64,000 bases of DNA, from the NCBI GenBank assembly GCA_035690925.1, contig DASSKB010000141.1, forward strand, positions 663 to 64,662, read 5' to 3'. Every line of letters starts with the position of its first letter. Within the stretch, counting starts at the first letter, position 1. Made by a program: the position numbers and the translations under genes. The notes under the pieces are model-generated. The model was not told the DNA's origin. It saw nothing but the letters and a program-made list of their open reading frames with translations, and made no database searches. Shown here piece after piece: positions 29,557-38,128 of this stretch. This stretch comes from Longimicrobiaceae bacterium (GTDB taxonomy: Bacteria > Gemmatimonadota > Gemmatimonadetes > Longimicrobiales > Longimicrobiaceae).

Positions 29557-31874
29557 TCGGCGTCGGGTCCTCTGACGCTAATTCCGATCGTTCCATCCCG
29601 GTCGGTGCGGAGTATCGGGATTCCTGCGGCGCGCACCCTCTCGATCACCTCTGGAGCCGGATGGCCGTAGCGATTGCGCCGACCCGCCGATATTATCACG
29701 ATTGCCGGCCCGACGGTCTCCAGAAACTCACCCGAAGTCGCGGTCCTGCTGCCATGATGCCCCGCCTTGAGCACCTGCGCCCGCAATTTGCCGCCGTGGC
29801 GCTTTATGAGCAGGTGTTCGACCTCGGCGGGCGCGTCACCGGTCAGGAGAGCGGCGAACCCCCCGTAAGACAGGCGTACTACAGCGCTAATCTGGTTGGC
29901 ATCGAGGGTACCGTCAAGCGTTTCCTCGTCCGGCCAGAGGAAATCCAGGCGAACCCCGTCGAGCGTTATGGTGCGCCCGCTCCTGGCGGCGTGCCAGGGT
30001 ATCATCTTTGCCTCGGCGACGGCGAGCAGATCGAGGTACGGCTGATTACCTACCACGAGGCCTGGCTCGACTATCCGGCCGACCTCCAGTCCCCGCAGAA
30101 CAGCCGCGGCTCCTCCTATATGATCGGCATGCGGGTGCGTGAGTATCATTATCTCGATCCGATGCACACCACGTGCACGCAGAAAAGGTAGCACGCGGCG
30201 CTCGCCGGCATCGGACCACTCGTCTTTCGGCCCGGTATCGAACAGGATCCACCGCGAGGCCGGCGTCCGCACCGCAATGGCATCGCCCTGCCCGACATCC
30301 AGGAACCAGAGCTCGAGTGGGTCGGCGGCTGCACGAACCAGCGGAGGCCACACGAGGAGTACCGAGAGCGCGACACCGGCCGCGACCGCGCGCCGAATTC
30401 TGGGGCGGAGGCGTCCGGCAAAGTCCAGCGCCAGCAGCAGTGCGGCGGCTGCGAAGAGCCACGCCCACCCGTTCGGACGTAAGATGGGGATACTGCCGTA
30501 CGGAACAGTAGCCGCGAAGCTCGCCACGCGGTCCATGGCGTCCAGTGCGGCACCTGCGCCATCGGCAAGCAACCCCGCGACGGGCGGGGCGATAAGGTCC
30601 ACTACCGTGGCGGCGGCCACGCCGACGAGAGCTAGACTGGTGAGCGGGACAGCCGGCAAATTGGCAAGAATGGCGATGGGGGCAACGCTGCCAAAGTGGA
30701 AGGCGGCAACCGGCATTGTGGCCAGAAACGCACCCACGCTCATGAGGACGGCTTCGATCAGAGCGTTCAAAGGCTTGTTGCGTCTTACATTCAGCGGGAG
30801 ACGCCTTATTGCCGAATGCCGCACCACCAGTATGCCCAGCACTCCGGCAAAAGAAAGCTGAAAGCCGGGGTCGAGCGCCGCCGTGGGCTGAAACGCCAGA
30901 ATAACCAGGGCGGAAGCGGCGATAATCGGAATGGCCGCAGCGGGCCGCTGCAGCAACAATCCGAGGAGCGCGAGAGTGATCATTATACCCGACCGCACCG
31001 CGGATGCCGGTGCGCCGATCATGGCCAGATATGCCCAGACGAGCGCGATAGTCCCTATCGCAACTGCTTTATGTGGTAACCTTACAATCGCGCCGAGCAG
31101 CACCAGCACACCGGCAAGCAATGCTACGTGCGCACCGGAGATAGCAAGAAGATGAACCAGACCGGATCTAGCGAACTTCTCGCGCATCTCGGGATCCAGC
31201 GACTCACGGCGCCCCAGAAGCAGTGCGTCGGCCAGTGCGGCGTGCCGCGGGAAGAGCCGGTACAGGCGAGATTCGGCGCGCCCACGCATGGTCAGCAGCG
31301 GGTTGCGGAGAAGTGCAGGCTCAGCAGTTATAGTAGCCGATCGCGCCACCATGAAGCCCGAGTACAGCGGATCGTCCGGCCATGGACTCGGCACGACCGG
31401 CGGCGCCGATGCTCTCCACTCGCCGCTGAGCAATACCCACGATCCGGCCGGCACCGCGCCTGTGCCATCTGGCAGGCTTACACGGATCCGCCCACCGCAG
31501 ACTTCGTCACCGGCCAAAAATGGTTCTGTGACGACCGGGAGCAGCGGTGGCAGCTCGCCTTCAGAAAGCGGATGAGCGCTCGCCTCCAGTACACCTGCAA
31601 CCGCAAGAGATCTCCCGTCGGCAAGCGCGGACCGGCAGTCAGACGCTACGTCCTGCGCTGAGATGGCGCCCAGCGCCGCGCCGGCCGCGGCGAACGACCC
31701 AAACAGCAGGACGGCTCCAACCTTTCGGCGCTTCCGGAACACGAAGCTCGAGAGCAGCGCCAGGAGCGCGAACGCAATCGCCAGTAGTGGTGTGAATCCG
31801 AAACGGAGGGCGGGGAGAAGACCGGCGAGGATGCAGAGGAGGGCGAGGACCAGCGGGCGCGGGGAGGGGATCAC
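29535..31874 (-). CDS. comEC: DNA internalization-related competence protein ComEC/Rec2 (with C-terminal MBL domain)
   Basis: 779 aa. Competence-domain TM core (GLVHLLAISGAHVALL) and an MBL domain (FLDVGQGDA, LTHPHADHIGG, KAGHHGS). Confidence 0.9.
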   Translation of the reverse strand: MIPSPRPLVLALLCILAGLLPALRFGFTPLLAIAFALLALLSSFVFRKRRKVGAVLLFGSFAAAGAALGAISAQDVASDCRSALADGRSLAVAGVLEASAHPLSEGELPPLLPVVTEPFLAGDEVCGGRIRVSLPDGTGAVPAGSWVLLSGEWRASAPPVVPSPWPDDPLYSGFMVARSATITAEPALLRNPLLTMRGRAESRLYRLFPRHAALADALLLGRRESLDPEMREKFARSGLVHLLAISGAHVALLAGVLVLLGAIVRLPHKAVAIGTIALVWAYLAMIGAPASAVRSGIMITLALLGLLLQRPAAAIPIIAASALVILAFQPTAALDPGFQLSFAGVLGILVVRHSAIRRLPLNVRRNKPLNALIEAVLMSVGAFLATMPVAAFHFGSVAPIAILANLPAVPLTSLALVGVAAATVVDLIAPPVAGLLADGAGAALDAMDRVASFAATVPYGSIPILRPNGWAWLFAAAALLLALDFAGRLRPRIRRAVAAGVALSVLLVWPPLVRAAADPLELWFLDVGQGDAIAVRTPASRWILFDTGPKDEWSDAGERRVLPFLRARGVHRIEIMILTHPHADHIGGAAAVLRGLEVGRIVEPGLVVGNQPYLDLLAVAEAKMIPWHAARSGRTITLDGVRLDFLWPDEETLDGTLDANQISAVVRLSYGGFAALLTGDAPAEVEHLLIKRHGGKLRAQVLKAGHHGSRTATSGEFLETVGPAIVIISAGRRNRYGHPAPEVIERVRAAGIPILRTDRDGTIGISVRGPDADWERIVP

Positions 31875-32155
31875 GGGGGGGATTCAGGTGGGGGCTCCAC
31901 CCGCCGCACGGGGGGACCGTGCGGCGGAAACTGCTCCTCCAACGCGCGGCGCACGCGGAGGTCATGTCGAATGCCCAGCAGAAACATGGCCACCATTCCG
32001 AGCAGGAACACGCCGAAGACCACTCCGCTGAGCGGCAGGCGATACAGATATACCACTCCGAGATTTACAGCTACCCGCTCACCCGCATTCAGATAGGCGA
32101 AGACAGCGGCGAGCAGCGCTATCGCGACGGGGCCAGCCCACCGCTTCCATCTCAT
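31871..32155 (-). CDS. LapA-domain (DUF1049-like) small membrane protein
   Basis: MRWKRWAGPVAIALLAAVFAYLNAGERVAVNLG...LSGVVFGVFLLGMVAMFLLG. ATG 32155 forms an ATGA overlap with the miaB stop. The 252-aa track ORF is an artefactual extension into miaB. Confidence 0.6.
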   Translation of the reverse strand: MRWKRWAGPVAIALLAAVFAYLNAGERVAVNLGVVYLYRLPLSGVVFGVFLLGMVAMFLLGIRHDLRVRRALEEQFPPHGPPVRRVEPPPESPP

Positions 32156-33531
32156 GCAACCCGCTGAGTCGGCTCGTTGTCGACCGGCGTTCCGCCGAAA
32201 GTCGCTCCCGAGGTGCTGGTAAACTTCACATCCACGAAGCTGCCTACCAATGCGTCGGGCCCTTCGAAGGTCACGACCTTGTTCGACTCGGTGCGGCCCT
32301 GGAGACCGCCGCGCCGCGCAAGCCTCTCGACGAGTACACGCTCGGTTCTGCCAACCGCAGCGCGGTTGATCTCCGTCTGAATCTCTCGATGAATCGCGAT
32401 CAGCCTCTCGAGCCTGCCCTGCGCCACCTCCTCCGGGATGAACTGATCTTCCGGGAAGCGAGTGGCGGGCGTTCCGTCGCGTAGCGAGTACTTGTAGAGG
32501 AACGCATCGTCGAAGCGCACCGCGCGCATGAGATCGAGGGTGGCCTCGTACTCTTCGTCGGTCTCGCCAGGAAAGCCGACTATGATATCCGTAGATAGTG
32601 CTACAGCGGGAATGGCCTCGCGCATCCAATCGATCTTCTGGAGGTACGACTCGACGGTGTACCTGCGCAGCATCCGCTTCAGGGTGCGGTTGTGACCCGA
32701 TTGAACCGGGAGATGGAGCTGATTGCAGACGTTAGGTTCCTCTGCCATAACCCGCACGAGATCTCGCGTGAAGTCGTTCGGGTGAGGGGATGTGAAGCGG
32801 ACGCGCTCGATCCCATCTATATGCGCGACCTCACGCAACAGGCGCGGGAAATCCCAGTCTCCGTGCTCATACGAGTTCACCGATTGTCCGAGGAGCGTGA
32901 CTTCCGGCACACCGTCGGCCACTAGCTCGCGAACTTCGGCGAGTATATGCGACGGGTCACGGTTCTTCTCGTCACCGCGGACATACGGGACTATGCAGTA
33001 CGTACATCTGTAATTGCAGCCACGCTGCACGGGCACCCATGCTGATACCGCTGAAGTTCTCCGGGCAGTCACTCCTTCGTAGTTCTCGAATGGGTCGAAA
33101 CCAAGTACCGCGAGACCATTCGCCGGCTCGGCACCAAGCACAGGTAGAGATCTGGAAGCGGTTTTCTGTGGCGTTGGCCCGCGCAGTTCAGCCAGCTTTT
33201 CCGGTAGCTGGCGATATCCGTCAGGACCCATCACCAGGTCCACGCCGCCGGCCATACCCAGGAGGTCCGCACCCATGCGCTGAGCCATGCAACCGGTCAC
33301 GCCGATCACCAGATCCGGTCGGCCTTCCCGGTGCTGCTGAAGCTGCCCCACCCTGCCGATCACGCGCTGCTCGGCGTGATCCCGAATGGCGCAGGTGTTC
33401 ACCAGAATGACATCAGCGTCGTCAGGGGTCTCCGTAGCTACGTACCCCTGCTTCGACAGGATGCCGTGCATCAGCTCTGTATCGCTGATATTCATCTGGC
33501 AGCCATATGTTTCTATGTAAGCTTTTTTCAT
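32152..33531 (-). CDS. miaB: tRNA-2-methylthio-N6-dimethylallyladenosine synthase
   Basis: UPF0004 Cys triad (YGCQMN...NTCAIR...TGCMAQ), radical-SAM CNYRCTYCIVP, TRAM domain. Confidence 0.95.
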   Translation of the reverse strand: MKKAYIETYGCQMNISDTELMHGILSKQGYVATETPDDADVILVNTCAIRDHAEQRVIGRVGQLQQHREGRPDLVIGVTGCMAQRMGADLLGMAGGVDLVMGPDGYRQLPEKLAELRGPTPQKTASRSLPVLGAEPANGLAVLGFDPFENYEGVTARRTSAVSAWVPVQRGCNYRCTYCIVPYVRGDEKNRDPSHILAEVRELVADGVPEVTLLGQSVNSYEHGDWDFPRLLREVAHIDGIERVRFTSPHPNDFTRDLVRVMAEEPNVCNQLHLPVQSGHNRTLKRMLRRYTVESYLQKIDWMREAIPAVALSTDIIVGFPGETDEEYEATLDLMRAVRFDDAFLYKYSLRDGTPATRFPEDQFIPEEVAQGRLERLIAIHREIQTEINRAAVGRTERVLVERLARRGGLQGRTESNKVVTFEGPDALVGSFVDVKFTSTSGATFGGTPVDNEPTQRVA

Positions 33532-33582
33532 GACTGGTTTATCAGTAATCTGACTGCAAGACTATTGAACAAAGTGCTCGTC

Positions 33583-33649
33583 ATCCCCGCGCATGCGGGG
33601 ATCCAGTGCCTTTCCAGCAAGGACGCTGGATGCCCGCTTCCGCGGGCAT
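33583..33649. repeat. Double-hairpin palindromic element (translates as VIPAHAGIQ ... WMPASAGMT)
   Basis: Hairpin 1: at-ccccgc-gcat-gcgggg-at (33583-33602). Hairpin 2: atgcccgc-ttcc-gcgggcat (33630-33649). The element is intergenic between miaB and glyA. Confidence 0.7.
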
Positions 33650-33746
33650 GACTGAAATGCCCTACTTCAGCAGCCTTCTATCGGCGGCGGCTGTAACGCC
33701 GCTCAAAGATACTCGATTTCTCGGCCGGGTCCAAGCTAGACGGTGC

Positions 33747-34997
33747 TCAGCTGCGCGCCCAGTCGCCATACAACGGGAATCGCCCGCAAAGCTCTTCTAC
33801 CTCGCCACGAACCCGTCGAACGGTGTCCGCGTCGCCGTTAGCGGATATGATTCTGTCGATCATGCTGGCGATGTCGCGCATTTCGCCGACGCCGAGCCCG
33901 CGGGTGGTGAGCGCCGGGGTGCCGATCCTTACCCCTGAAGTCACGAAGGGAGATTCGGTTTCGCCCGGTACTGTGTTCTTGTTCACTGTGATTCCGCCCG
34001 CTTCGAGCGCCTTCTCCGCCACCTTCCCCGTCACTCCCTTGCTCCTCAGGTCTACGAGGAGGAGATGGTTGTCAGTTCCTCCCGAAACGAGATCGAAGCC
34101 ATGCTCGAGGAGCCCCTCTCCCAACGCTTGCGCGTTCGCGATCACCTGCCCGGAGTAGTCCTTGAAATCCGGACGTAAAGCCTCTTCGAATGCCACGGCC
34201 TTCCCCGCTATCACGTGCATGAGCGGGCCACCCTGGATCCCGGGGAATATCTGCTTGTTAACTGCCTTCGCATGTTCCTCGGTGCAGATGATCAATCCGC
34301 CACGGGGCCCTCTCAGCGTCTTGTGGGTCGTCGAGGTCACAATATCCGCATGGGGCACAGGGTTCGGGTGGTCGCCAGTAGCTACCAGGCCGGCTATGTG
34401 TGCCATGTCCACCAGTAACCTGGCCCCTGACTCACGGGCGATCTCGCTGAACACCTCGAAGTCGATGATACGTGGATACGCGCTGGCGCCCGCCACTATC
34501 AGCTTCGGCCGATGCTTCAGAGCGAGCTCGCGCACCTCCGCATAGTCGATCCGGTGGTCGTCCGGCCGCACTCCGTATGCGACCACATTGTAGAGGCGAC
34601 CGCTGAAGTTTACGGGGGACCCATGCGTCAGATGCCCACCCTCCGAGAGGTTCATCCCCAGAATCGTATCGCCCGGCTCGATCAGCGCGAAGTAGGCCGC
34701 CATGTTCGCCTGCGCGCCGGAGTGGGGCTGCACGTTCGCGTGGTCACCTCCGAAAAGCGCCAGCAGCCGCTCCTGCGCCAGCCGCTCGACCTCGTCGACC
34801 ACCTCACATCCGCCGTAATAGCGCTTGCCGGGATATCCTTCCGCATACTTGTTGGTCAGAACAGATCCCATCGCCTGCAACACAGCCTGAGAAACGAAAT
34901 TCTCGGAGGCGATCATCTCCAGCTGATCCTCCTGCCGCTGCGCCTCCGCGATGAGTAGTCGATGGATTTCGGGATCGGTCGTCTTGAGAGCGTTCAT
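33747..34997 (-). CDS. glyA: Serine hydroxymethyltransferase
   Basis: ELIASENF, PLP-lysine motif [12 protein letters not shown]. Start taken at ATG 34997 ([11 protein letters not shown]); the track ORF extends to 35132. Confidence 0.95.
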   Translation of the reverse strand: MNALKTTDPEIHRLLIAEAQRQEDQLEMIASENFVSQAVLQAMGSVLTNKYAEGYPGKRYYGGCEVVDEVERLAQERLLALFGGDHANVQPHSGAQANMAAYFALIEPGDTILGMNLSEGGHLTHGSPVNFSGRLYNVVAYGVRPDDHRIDYAEVRELALKHRPKLIVAGASAYPRIIDFEVFSEIARESGARLLVDMAHIAGLVATGDHPNPVPHADIVTSTTHKTLRGPRGGLIICTEEHAKAVNKQIFPGIQGGPLMHVIAGKAVAFEEALRPDFKDYSGQVIANAQALGEGLLEHGFDLVSGGTDNHLLLVDLRSKGVTGKVAEKALEAGGITVNKNTVPGETESPFVTSGVRIGTPALTTRGLGVGEMRDIASMIDRIISANGDADTVRRVRGEVEELCGRFPLYGDWARS

Positions 34998-35150
34998 GCG
35001 CGCGCGTGGATTTAGTGGGTTGTTGAACAACAGGCGTCCAGTCCGACAGCCGAAGGTAGGCCAGGCGCGCCCGCTTGTCGAGAGTGCTCCGCCTCGCCGC
35101 GCGTTATCGTTGCATCTTGCATTACCGCTCACACCGTTCTATACTTGGGT

Positions 35151-35169
35151 GAAATTGATTCTCATCTTC
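35151..35169 (+). promoter_or_regulatory. Fur-box-like sequence upstream of feoA
   Basis: gaaattgattctcatcttc matches 13 of 19 positions of the E. coli Fur consensus GATAATGATAATCATTATC by my hand alignment. It lies 22 nt upstream of the feoA ATG, just after a tatact hexamer. Confidence 0.3.
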
Positions 35170-35190
35170 GCCCGACGTGAGAGAACGAGA

Positions 35191-35478
35191 ATGGTTAAGC
35201 AGTGGTTCAGCCGAAGGGTCCGGAAGGATGCGAGCGTTAGCGAGCGCTGTGCCGCATGTCCGCTGGCGACCTGCGTGCGCGGCTCGCGTGCGGCGGTGCT
35301 GCGCATGGACTGCGATGGCTGTGAGGCGGACCGGCTGCGGACGCTGGGGCTCTTCGAAGGTGCCTGCGTGACCGTGCTGAACTCGCAGAACGGGCTGCTG
35401 CTGGAGGTGCGTGGAGCGCGCCTGGCGCTGGGATCGGCGCTGGCGGCGGGGATAACCGTATTACCATTGGCATCGTAA
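35191..35478 (+). CDS. feoA: FeoA-domain protein (copy 1, Cys-containing N-terminal extension)
   Basis: LRTLGLFEGACVTVLNSQNGLLLEVRGARLALGSALAAGITV is a FeoA SH3-like fold pattern. Start taken at ATG 35191. Confidence 0.75.
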   Translation: MVKQWFSRRVRKDASVSERCAACPLATCVRGSRAAVLRMDCDGCEADRLRTLGLFEGACVTVLNSQNGLLLEVRGARLALGSALAAGITVLPLAS

Positions 35479-35480
35479 GC

Positions 35481-35705
35481 GTGGTCCGCAGACTGACGGA
35501 GATGCAGCCCGGCGAGAGTGGGCGAGGTGCTGGGATGGGTGGAGACGGGGACGCGATGCGGCGACTTATGGACCTCGGGCTTCTGAGGGGAACGACCATT
35601 CAGGTTGTGCGGACGGCGCCGATGGGCGATCCCATCGAGGTAAAGTTGCGAGGCTTCATGCTGACGCTTCGCCGTACGGAGGCGGAACACATAACTGTAG
35701 AATAA
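35481..35705 (+). CDS. feoA: FeoA-domain protein (copy 2)
   Basis: RRLMDLGLLRGTTIQVVRTAPMGDPIEVKLRGFMLTLRRTEAEHITV. GTG start. TAATG overlap with feoB. Confidence 0.8.
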   Translation: MVRRLTEMQPGESGRGAGMGGDGDAMRRLMDLGLLRGTTIQVVRTAPMGDPIEVKLRGFMLTLRRTEAEHITVE

Positions 35706-37885
35706 TGGATACTGTGGGCCCCGACCTTATAGATACACCGACGGCGCCCTCGTCCGCGCAACCTGCGCGAGGCGAGGGCGTAATTCGTGTTGCTCTGATA
35801 GGAAATCCGAATACCGGCAAGAGCACTCTGTTCAACGCGTTGACAGGGATGCGTCAGCGGGTAGGTAACTACGCCGGCGTAACGGTGGAGCGGGTGGAGG
35901 GTCGCTACAGGAACGACTCGGGCCATCAGGTAACGGTTCTGGACCTGCCGGGAACCTATAGCCTCTCGGCGAACTCGCCGGACGAGGAGATAGCGCTGGC
36001 TGTGCTGGTCGGCAGGGCTCCAGGTGTTCCTGCTCCGGACGTTGTTGTGGTTGTGCTGGACGCTCAGAACCTGGAGAGGAATCTTTTCCTCGCCAGTCAG
36101 GTGATAGAGCTGGGGCATCCGGTGGTGATCGCGCTGAACCAGGTCGATGCCGCCGAGGCGGCGGGGCTGCGAATAGATCCCGTCGAGCTCACGCTGGAGC
36201 TCGGTACGCCGGTCGTGCAAACAGTGGCCACGCGTGGTCAGGGGCTGGATGTGCTGCGCCGGGCGATAGATCGCGCGGCCGAAATGCCTTTGCCGGAGCG
36301 CAAGTTCGAGCTGCCGGAGCCACTTGCGGCGGCGCTTGCGCCGGTGGAGTCCTGCCTCATAAACGGAGGATTGCCACCGTCGACCGCCGCCATGGAGGCG
36401 CTTCGGCTGCTTGGTACCTCAACACTGGAGGGCCATCTCAAAGGTACTGAAGGCCTGGACGCGGCGGTCGCACGTGCCCGGAATTCCGTGCGTGAGGAGG
36501 GCGGCGATCCGCGCAGCGTCGAAGCCGAGCTTCGCTATTCCTGGATCGCTGGGGTAGTCGAGAATACCGTACACCGGATCAGCGGGAGCGGAAAGACACT
36601 CACTGACCGCGTCGATTCGGTTGTCCTTCACCGCGTATGGGGTCCGCTCATATTCGTGGCGCTGATGGCGATAGTGTTCCAGTCCATCTTCACGTGGGCG
36701 GAGCCCCTGATGACCTCTGTAGAGGGCTTGCTCGGTGCCATAGGCAGCGCTGTCGGTTCAACCCTCCCGCCGGGTGACCTGCGCAGCCTGATTGTGGATG
36801 GAGTGATTGCGGGGGTAGGATCGGTGCTGGTGTTCATCCCGCAAATCACCATTCTGTTCCTCTTCATCGGCTTTCTCGAGGATACAGGATACATGGCGCG
36901 CGCGGCCTTCATCATGGACCGCTTCATGCGCGGTGTTGGGCTGCACGGCCGCAGCTTCATACCGATGCTCTCTGGTTACGCCTGCGCCGTGCCTGGCGTC
37001 ATGTCGACCCGAACCATAGAAAACCCCAAGGATCGACTCGCGACCATAATGGTTCTCCCGCTCATGAGCTGCTCGGCGAGGATCCCGATATACACGCTTC
37101 TGATCGGAACCTTCATCCCCCCGATAGCCATTGCGGGTATCTTCAATCTCCAGGGAATGACCCTGCTGGTGATGTACCTGCTCGGAACCGTGACCGCGTT
37201 GGCGATGGCCGCCGTGTTCAAGTCCACGCTGCTGCGGGGGCGGCCGAGGCCGATGATCATGGAGCTGCCACCGTACAGGCTCCCGAACCTCCGCAGCCTC
37301 CTGCTGGCGGCCGGGCACAGGGTGAGCCTGTTCCTCAAGAAGGCGGGAACCATAATCCTGGCGGTATCTATCCTCCTGTGGGCGCTCGCTACCTATCCCA
37401 AGACCGAGGCTCCGCCGGCCATGGACGCCGGCGCGGCTCAGGAACTGCAGCTCGCCAACAGTACGCTTGGTCAGATCGGCCATGCTATCGAGCCGCTAGT
37501 CAGGCCGCTCGGCTACGACTGGAAGATCGGCGTCTCGATCATGAGCTCATTTGCCGCTCGCGAGGTTTTCGTGTCGACCATGGGAACGATATACGGAGTA
37601 GGCGAGGCCGATGAGACCTCACTGGCGCTACGGGACAAGTTGCGTACCGAAACGCACGATGATGGTCGGCCCGTCTATACGCCGCTCGTCGCTGTGGGTT
37701 TGATGGTATTCTACGTCTACGCCATGATGTGCATGAGCACGAACGCCGTGGTCATGCGGGAGACGGGTGGCGGGTGGAAGGGTCTGGGATGGGCCTCGTT
37801 CCAGTTCCTCTACATGCTGGCCCTGGCATACGGCGCGGCGCTACTTGTGTACCGCGGCGGCCTCGCCCTCGGGTTCGGAGCATAG
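35705..37885 (+). CDS. feoB: Ferrous iron transporter FeoB
   Basis: N-terminal G domain (GNPNTGKST, DLPGTYSL, NQVD) and a C-terminal polytopic gate domain. Confidence 0.95.
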   Translation: MDTVGPDLIDTPTAPSSAQPARGEGVIRVALIGNPNTGKSTLFNALTGMRQRVGNYAGVTVERVEGRYRNDSGHQVTVLDLPGTYSLSANSPDEEIALAVLVGRAPGVPAPDVVVVVLDAQNLERNLFLASQVIELGHPVVIALNQVDAAEAAGLRIDPVELTLELGTPVVQTVATRGQGLDVLRRAIDRAAEMPLPERKFELPEPLAAALAPVESCLINGGLPPSTAAMEALRLLGTSTLEGHLKGTEGLDAAVARARNSVREEGGDPRSVEAELRYSWIAGVVENTVHRISGSGKTLTDRVDSVVLHRVWGPLIFVALMAIVFQSIFTWAEPLMTSVEGLLGAIGSAVGSTLPPGDLRSLIVDGVIAGVGSVLVFIPQITILFLFIGFLEDTGYMARAAFIMDRFMRGVGLHGRSFIPMLSGYACAVPGVMSTRTIENPKDRLATIMVLPLMSCSARIPIYTLLIGTFIPPIAIAGIFNLQGMTLLVMYLLGTVTALAMAAVFKSTLLRGRPRPMIMELPPYRLPNLRSLLLAAGHRVSLFLKKAGTIILAVSILLWALATYPKTEAPPAMDAGAAQELQLANSTLGQIGHAIEPLVRPLGYDWKIGVSIMSSFAAREVFVSTMGTIYGVGEADETSLALRDKLRTETHDDGRPVYTPLVAVGLMVFYVYAMMCMSTNAVVMRETGGGWKGLGWASFQFLYMLALAYGAALLVYRGGLALGFGA

Positions 37886-37888
37886 TCA

Positions 37889-38029
37889 ATGAGCCCCGCA
37901 ACCATTCAGACCATCCTCGCGGCAGTAGTGGTCGCAGCTGCCGCCTTCTTCATAGGTCGCCGTTTTTACAGGACCTACGCCGCCGCACGGAAGAAGGATG
38001 ACGGGTGCGGCGGCGGGTGTGGGTGTTGA
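37889..38029 (+). CDS. FeoB-associated Cys-rich small membrane protein (46 aa)
   Basis: Manual translation gives MSPATIQTILAAVVVAAAAFFIGRRFYRTYAAARKKDDGCGGGCGC*. This is one TM helix plus a C-terminal CGGGCGC tail, 3 nt after the feoB stop. It is below the ORF-track size cut-off. Confidence 0.65.
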   Translation: MSPATIQTILAAVVVAAAAFFIGRRFYRTYAAARKKDDGCGGGCGC

Positions 38030-38034
38030 GGGAA

Positions 38035-38066
38035 AGCTATCAGCTATCAGCTATCAGCTATCAGCT
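38035..38066. repeat. Tandem heptanucleotide array (AGCTATC) x4.6
   Basis: Four perfect AGCTATC units (38035-38062) followed by AGCT. It begins 5 nt after the stop of the Cys-rich peptide gene. Confidence 0.95.
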
Positions 38067-38080
38067 TCGGTCAGTCAGTC

Positions 38081-38128
38081 TCACCTTGTCACCCCCTCAC
38101 CTTGTCACCTTGTCACCTTGTCACCATC
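38081..38128. repeat. Tandem octanucleotide array (TCACCTTG) x6 (4 perfect, 2 variant)
   Basis: tcaccttg tcaccccc tcaccttg tcaccttg tcaccttg tcaccatc. The last unit runs into the stop codon of the minus-strand dehydrogenase gene (38127-38129). Confidence 0.95.

Noticed and set aside
32156-32629. N-terminal extension of the LapA-like ORF (31871-32629, 252 aa). Similar extensions affect glmS (to 3467), glyA (to 35132), coaD (to 52843), rsmD (to 53325), ubiE (to 17948), the barrel gene (to 57224) and the toastrack gene (from 20259).
   Set aside because: The extensions overlap well-supported neighbouring genes or are compositionally implausible. Internal ATG/GTG starts give family-typical N-termini, often with 4-nt stop/start overlaps.
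38035-38128. Whether the short tandem arrays could be a CRISPR array.
   Set aside because: The units are 7-8 nt and directly abut each other with no spacers, and no cas genes are present. These are microsatellite-like direct repeats, not CRISPR.
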